DNA of 64,000 bases, from assembly GCA_011364965.1 (NCBI GenBank), contig RDOB01000006.1, positions 116,244 to 180,243 of the forward strand, read 5' to 3'. Position 1 is the first letter of the stretch. Each line of letters opens with the position of its first letter. Of this stretch, positions 59,140 to 64,000 are shown one piece after another. The translations under genes and the position numbers were made by a program. The notes under the pieces are model-generated. The model did not search any database. It saw nothing but the letters and a program-made list of their open reading frames with translations, and was not told the DNA's origin. The DNA comes from Candidatus Heimdallarchaeota archaeon (GTDB taxonomy: Archaea > Asgardarchaeota > Heimdallarchaeia > Hodarchaeales > Hodarchaeaceae).

Positions 59140-59961
59140 TTAATTTTTATTTTTTCTTTTTCGCAATCTCCATGGGGAAATTACTAGAAGTATCAAGCTT
59201 GATCCTATTGAAAAGCCAAAAGTAGAATTATTTATGGTAGTACTAGTAACAGTACTAGTAACAGTAGTAGTAGTAGCAGTAGGTGTAGTAGGCGAAGCTG
59301 AGGATGTTGTGCTTTCAGAATTGTTTTCAACCTTTCCAGTAACCTTCACTCCATAAACAGTATTAGCAAGAATTGGAATACCTTGAAAAACTTGATCTCC
59401 TACAATTAAGCTATCATAATGCCATACAGTTATATCGATTGAATCATTAATTATGAGGCCTAAATCTGCTAATTTATAATAGAATTCAATTGATTGATTT
59501 GTGGTAGAATCTATAGCAACTGAATTGTCGTAAAACACATCATGTTCTATAAGAGATTTGTTATTATAGGGGGAAAGGATATCAATTCCCCTGAAGATTC
59601 CAGTGAAACTCCAATGTGGAACTTCTTCAAATAAAATCTGACTTAATAAGACAAAAACTGTTTGATTAGGTATGCGAATCGTAATATTGGTCATTAAGGA
59701 TGCCCAATGTTGAGGAGTAACATCGAAATCCATTCTATAGAACAAATTTGTTTCGTTAGCTGTCATATAAACCGCTCCTACATCTAGGAAATGACTTTCA
59801 TTTATTGCTTCATCAATAATAATCGGATTAATTCCATTCCAGTCTGCTAAATCACCGTCAATGAATATGTTTGAAGTATCACCTGAAACTGGTGAGAAGT
59901 TGAGGAGTATAATCAACATTAGCAAAACAAACAAAGCTTTTTTCATTTTATCACTCTCCAA
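59140..59961 (-). CDS. Secreted DOMON/CBM9-like protein with Thr/Ser linker and C-terminal anchor
   Basis: IFIDGDLADW..VYMTANETNLFYRM; TTTTVTSTVTSTT; TFGF-TM-RKRK. Confidence 0.7.
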   Translation of the reverse strand: MESDKMKKALFVLLMLIILLNFSPVSGDTSNIFIDGDLADWNGINPIIIDEAINESHFLDVGAVYMTANETNLFYRMDFDVTPQHWASLMTNITIRIPNQTVFVLLSQILFEEVPHWSFTGIFRGIDILSPYNNKSLIEHDVFYDNSVAIDSTTNQSIEFYYKLADLGLIINDSIDITVWHYDSLIVGDQVFQGIPILANTVYGVKVTGKVENNSESTTSSASPTTPTATTTTVTSTVTSTTINNSTFGFSIGSSLILLVISPWRLRKRKNKN

Positions 59962-60253
59962 TAACTAAAAGTGTAGGGTTTTTAAAATATACCAACTCAA
60001 ATCGAAAATAACCTCTAAGATTCAAGTATCAAAGATCTAATGTTGGTAGCAAGGAATGCCCCGTAAAGCAAAAGGTGTTAAACGTATAATTAAAGAAGAA
60101 AAACGATTTTTTGAGAAAGAAAAGCAAGGAAAAAAATACCGTAAGCTAATTCATAAAAAACTAAAACATTTAAAAGATATTGAAATCCTAGAGGATTAAT
60201 CTGGAACTATATTTTAAAAAAATAAAAAAGGGAGAGTTAATATCAGTTCTCAA

Positions 60254-61999
60254 CTACTTCTTTATTTCGTCTTCTTTAATCACACGGCGTAAGACTTTCC
60301 CAATGGTGGACAGAGGGAGCTCCTCTCGGAATTCAACTTTTCGGGGACGTTTATATCCTGTCATTTTATCTTTACACCATTCAATAATTTCCTCTTCAGT
60401 AGCAGTTTCTCCATCCTTAAGTACTAAATAAGCTGCCACGTATTCATTAGTTGGATCATCTTCACGAGGAAGGCCAATAACAGCAGCAAGTTTTACTTTT
60501 GGATGGCCATATAGTATATCCTCGATTTCTCGGGGGTACGCTTTAAACCCACTTACAATCACCATATCCTTCTTCCGATCAGTAATTATAACGTAGCCTT
60601 CTTCATCGATATGACCAATATCTCCCGTTAAAAAGAATTTCATACCCTCAAATTCGCGAAATACTTCAGCAGTAGCTTCAGGTTTATTCCAGTAACCCTT
60701 CATGATTTGAGGTCCAGCTATAGCGACTTCACCATCCTCACCAATTGGTAACTCCTTATTACCAGTTTCTAAATCAACAATTTTTACAAAAGTATCTGAA
60801 ACTGGGAAACCAACAGATCCAAATTTCCGCTGAATTTTATTTGTTGGATTGAGAGTAGCGAGAGGAGAAGTCTCAGACAATCCGTAAGCCTCAAAGACCG
60901 TTCCTCCTGTTATTCGTTCAAAATTTTTAGCTAATTCAGGAGCCAAGGGAGCAGCTCCAGAACCACAGCCTAAAATTGAGGACAAATCATATTTTTCAGG
61001 ATTTTGCGAATAAATGCTCACTATTGCTGCATAAATCGTTGGAACAGCATGAAGAATAGTTACCTTATGTTTAGCGATCTCCTCTAAAACAACGGAAAGA
61101 GGTGGGTTACCTGCTCGGGGATCGGGGATTGGAATTACTTTTGCTGCTTTGTATGCCCCACCAAGCATTGTTAAAGTTAAACCGTAAGCATGATACCATG
61201 GAAGAGCACCAATATAGACTTCTTTCCCATAGCGGAGCTTAAAAGGTTCAGCACCATCTTCTGGATGAAGCCAGACAAATTCATCCAACTGGAGGACATT
61301 AGAATACAGATTATAATGTGTTAACATTACACCTTTTGGTATGCCCGTTGTTCCTCCAGTATATATTAATGTTGCCAAATCTTCTTTGGGGTTAATCACG
61401 ATTCCCTCTGGTTTGGTTGTGTTGGCCTGCATAACGTCCTTGAAGAAAATAGTTTTGTCAATTTCGTAATATGGGCTTTTCGGAACTTTTCCAATTAAAC
61501 TACCAATAAATCCTTTAGCTTTGGAGAGAAAATCTTTCGCACTACAAATTATAACTTTTCTAACCATAGTTCCCTTTATAGCTTCGTACGCTGTGGGAGC
61601 AAACTTCGAGTGGTCAAAAGCAAATACAAAAGCTGTCTCTGAGTCCTTTAATTGATAGTTTAATTCATCTTTTGTATATGTTGGGTTGCAGGTGACCACA
61701 ACTGCTCCAGCTTTCAGGATTCCAAAAAATATTATTGGATAATGTGGTGTGTTCGGCAAAAACATCGCAATTTTATCACCCTTTTTCACTCCATTTTGAA
61801 TCAAGAAATTTGCAACTTGATTTGCTGCATTGTTTGCCTGTGCATATGTTGTTGTTGTTCCACTAAAAACAGTATAAGGTAATTCCCCACTTTTCTCAGC
61901 AGCGTTTTCTAATATTTTATATAGAGGTTCATTTGGATATTCAAGGGTTTTTTTCACATTTTGAGGCCAATGGTATTTATGCCAGATTCTATCTTCCAT
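60254..61999 (-). CDS. Long-chain fatty acid-CoA ligase
   Basis: YTGGTTGIPKG, AYGLSET, TGDIG, DRKKDMV, GKVLRR. Start MEDRIW (61999) preferred; ORF extends to 62044. Confidence 0.94.
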   Translation of the reverse strand: MEDRIWHKYHWPQNVKKTLEYPNEPLYKILENAAEKSGELPYTVFSGTTTTYAQANNAANQVANFLIQNGVKKGDKIAMFLPNTPHYPIIFFGILKAGAVVVTCNPTYTKDELNYQLKDSETAFVFAFDHSKFAPTAYEAIKGTMVRKVIICSAKDFLSKAKGFIGSLIGKVPKSPYYEIDKTIFFKDVMQANTTKPEGIVINPKEDLATLIYTGGTTGIPKGVMLTHYNLYSNVLQLDEFVWLHPEDGAEPFKLRYGKEVYIGALPWYHAYGLTLTMLGGAYKAAKVIPIPDPRAGNPPLSVVLEEIAKHKVTILHAVPTIYAAIVSIYSQNPEKYDLSSILGCGSGAAPLAPELAKNFERITGGTVFEAYGLSETSPLATLNPTNKIQRKFGSVGFPVSDTFVKIVDLETGNKELPIGEDGEVAIAGPQIMKGYWNKPEATAEVFREFEGMKFFLTGDIGHIDEEGYVIITDRKKDMVIVSGFKAYPREIEDILYGHPKVKLAAVIGLPREDDPTNEYVAAYLVLKDGETATEEEIIEWCKDKMTGYKRPRKVEFREELPLSTIGKVLRRVIKEDEIKK

Positions 62000-62040
62000 A
62001 TTAATCCATCCTTTCATCGAAGTCGTGTTTTTCTTTGGGA

Positions 62041-63276
62041 TCATCTATAATTTTTAATAGATTTGGATTTCAGAAATTCTTCTATTCGCACAATTTTGCC
62101 TGTTTTAACAGATTCTTCTGCAGCAGCTCCAACAATTATAGACCAAAATCCTTCCTCGACCGTTGCAGTATTCGTTTCCTTACCCTGTATATTTGCTATG
62201 AAATTTTTGTGTTCAAAATAAGTCGCACCACTATGGCCATCCTCTTCAATATATTTAGGATACATAGGCGTAGAAATACGCGATGGATACCCCTCTCCGC
62301 GCATAACTTCAACATGAGTTTTGGGACGAGCTGCAGGGAGATAATCCTCATTCTCAGTTGCCTTTAGTCTCCCTTCCTCCCCGCAAATAATGATTTCTTC
62401 ATAAAACATTGGAGCAAACATGCAGAGATTGAAATTTGCTTGAATTCCGTTTTCATATTCAATCACCACATTAGCACTATCTAAGATATCTGATTTTTCA
62501 CCTTCGTATTCAAATTCTTTGAAATTAACGGCCATTTTACCCATAGCGTAGACAGTTTTTGGCTTAGCTTGAGCAAATAAGTTAATTAAGTCGAAATAAT
62601 GGCAACATTTCTCAACAAGTGTTCCACCAGAGAATTTAATGAATTTATTCCACTGATTGACTTTATCTAAGAATGGGACTCTATGTTCCATGATACTGAC
62701 CATATGGATTTTACCGAGGGATTGCCTCTCCAGTGCCTCGTGAATAGCTTCCACACTAATCGCTTTGTAACGATATTGCAATCCTATTTGTAAAACAGCA
62801 TTATAATCCTTTGCTAGTTTCAGGATTTCATACGCGTCCAGAACAGTGGTTGCCATAGGTTTTTCTAATAAAATATGTTTTCCAGACTTCATAGCAACTT
62901 TTAATACCTCTAAATGTGTATAATTGGGAGTACAGATTATCAATCCGTCCACTGCAGGATCATTACATGCATCTTCAAGGGAATCATATTCTGTAAGATC
63001 AATACCTGGATATAAAGTGAAAAACATTTGTTTTGCCACAACAATGCTCATTGGGTTTATATCATAGATTCCATGGATAATTGCTTGCCCCTCTGCCATG
63101 GTAATCCGCATATGTTCCATCCCCATCAACCCACACCCTATAATATTAAATTTAAATCGAGGTTTTTCAACTGCAAATAGATATTTATCTTTATCATCCA
63201 GATAATGGAAGATGGGGTTTCGAGCAAAATACTTACTACGAAATTCTTTTCCTTTTTTCATAATATTTGTCCTCAT
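62041..63276 (-). CDS. Gfo/Idh/MocA family oxidoreductase
   Basis: IIGCGLMG, ICTPNYTH, LLEKPMA, SGGTLVEKCCHYFDL. Confidence 0.92.
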   Translation of the reverse strand: MRTNIMKKGKEFRSKYFARNPIFHYLDDKDKYLFAVEKPRFKFNIIGCGLMGMEHMRITMAEGQAIIHGIYDINPMSIVVAKQMFFTLYPGIDLTEYDSLEDACNDPAVDGLIICTPNYTHLEVLKVAMKSGKHILLEKPMATTVLDAYEILKLAKDYNAVLQIGLQYRYKAISVEAIHEALERQSLGKIHMVSIMEHRVPFLDKVNQWNKFIKFSGGTLVEKCCHYFDLINLFAQAKPKTVYAMGKMAVNFKEFEYEGEKSDILDSANVVIEYENGIQANFNLCMFAPMFYEEIIICGEEGRLKATENEDYLPAARPKTHVEVMRGEGYPSRISTPMYPKYIEEDGHSGATYFEHKNFIANIQGKETNTATVEEGFWSIIVGAAAEESVKTGKIVRIEEFLKSKSIKNYR

Positions 63277-63442
63277 ATAGAATGCTTGTTGATTAATTAC
63301 ACAAAAGTAGTTTATTATGGTAAAAGAGATATTAGATTTAATTTTATAGATGGTTTACAGTATTAATAATTTCCTTAACAGATTTTCTGTGAGAGGGATA
63401 CTTTAATTAAAAGAAAAAATAGAATTAAAAGAAGGGATTTTT

Positions 63443-64000
63443 ATGAGTGACCTATTGATCAAAAATGCCGTAGTTTTGACTGTTAATACCAAAAATGAGG
63501 TTATCAAAAATGGGGGGGTTGTAATTACCGATAATATAATAACTCAAGTAGGTTCTATGGATCGATTGAAGGATTATACCGCAGAGGAAGAGTTAAATGC
63601 CAAAGGGATGGTTCTTATGCCAGGCTTTATCAATACTCACACTCACTTATCAATGACTCTTTTTCGTGGAGTTGCTGACGATGTTCCTGGGATTAATTGG
63701 TTACCCATCATTTGGTCCATTGAAAAAAACATAAATGAAGACTTCTGTTATTATGGTGCTCTGCTTGGGTGCCTCGAGATGATAAAATCAGGTACAACCT
63801 GCTTTGCTGATCAATATTGGTTCATGGATCGTGTAGCAACCGCTGTAAAAGAATCAGGTTTACGTGCTGATTTAGCTCAAGGGATACTTGAGTTGAATGA
63901 CCCCAACAAAGGCGTGAGAGAACTGAAGGAGAGTGTGGAATTTGCTACAAAATGGAATGGCGCTTTAAATGGACGTATTTCTTGCCGACTAGGGACACAT
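63443..64000 (+). CDS. Amidohydrolase (MTA/SAH deaminase-like), runs off the window edge
   Basis: Translated by hand: MSDLLIKNAVVLT..LMPGFINTHTHLSMTLFRGVADD..EMIKSGTTCFADQY. Confidence 0.9.
   Translation, partial: MSDLLIKNAVVLTVNTKNEVIKNGGVVITDNIITQVGSMDRLKDYTAEEELNAKGMVLMPGFINTHTHLSMTLFRGVADDVPGINWLPIIWSIEKNINEDFCYYGALLGCLEMIKSGTTCFADQYWFMDRVATAVKESGLRADLAQGILELNDPNKGVRELKESVEFATKWNGALNGRISCRLGTH

Noticed and set aside
59236-59292. Short tandem repeats (AGTACTAGTAAC x2, GTA runs), and similar at about 45420-45470
   Set aside because: They encode Thr/Ser-rich linkers of surface proteins; not CRISPR or mobile-element repeats.
983-62367. Short ORF-track entries overlapping longer genes (for example 983-1276, 1882-2070, 3514-3738, 5690-5920, 13279-13674, 18287-18733, 31123-31497, 62035-62367)
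   Set aside because: Antisense or off-frame shadows of well-supported genes, with no motifs of their own.
1-64000. CRISPR arrays, tRNA and rRNA genes
   Set aside because: None seen by eye; tRNAscan-SE and an Rfam scan would be needed to exclude small or intron-containing RNAs.

Overview
AT-rich, gene-dense archaeal-looking window. The lineage is inferred to be Asgard, probably Heimdallarchaeia/Hodarchaeales, from TTTA(A/T)A-type promoters, many surface proteins ending in motif + TM + basic tail, and lineage-typical double-wHTH regulators; no marker gene confirms this. No rRNA, tRNA, CRISPR array or intact transposase was seen. The main highlight is a divergent carotenoid cluster at 1-5.5 kb: unknown His-rich membrane protein, membrane lycopene cyclase and crtI on the minus strand; crtB and a regulator on the plus strand. 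The regulator joins a winged-HTH (not MerR) DNA-binding domain to a CarH-type cobalamin photosensor module (W-x9-EH plus ExH). A TTCATGAA-N10-TTCATGAA motif lies in front of crtB and, with two mismatches, in front of the regulator, suggesting a B12/light-controlled archaeal carotenoid switch. Other notable items are an overlapping membrane-anchored cohesin-like gene and secreted dockerin-bearing gene, an unannotated secreted micro-peptide ORF divergent from a large regulator with an inverted repeat between them, an MNT-HEPN pair, a HipA/PI3K-like kinase, and three decayed gene remnants. The rest is mostly heterotrophic metabolism (malQ, GH20, M32 peptidase, acyl-CoA ligase, OYE, Gfo/Idh/MocA, tdk) and two MacB-type ABC systems.
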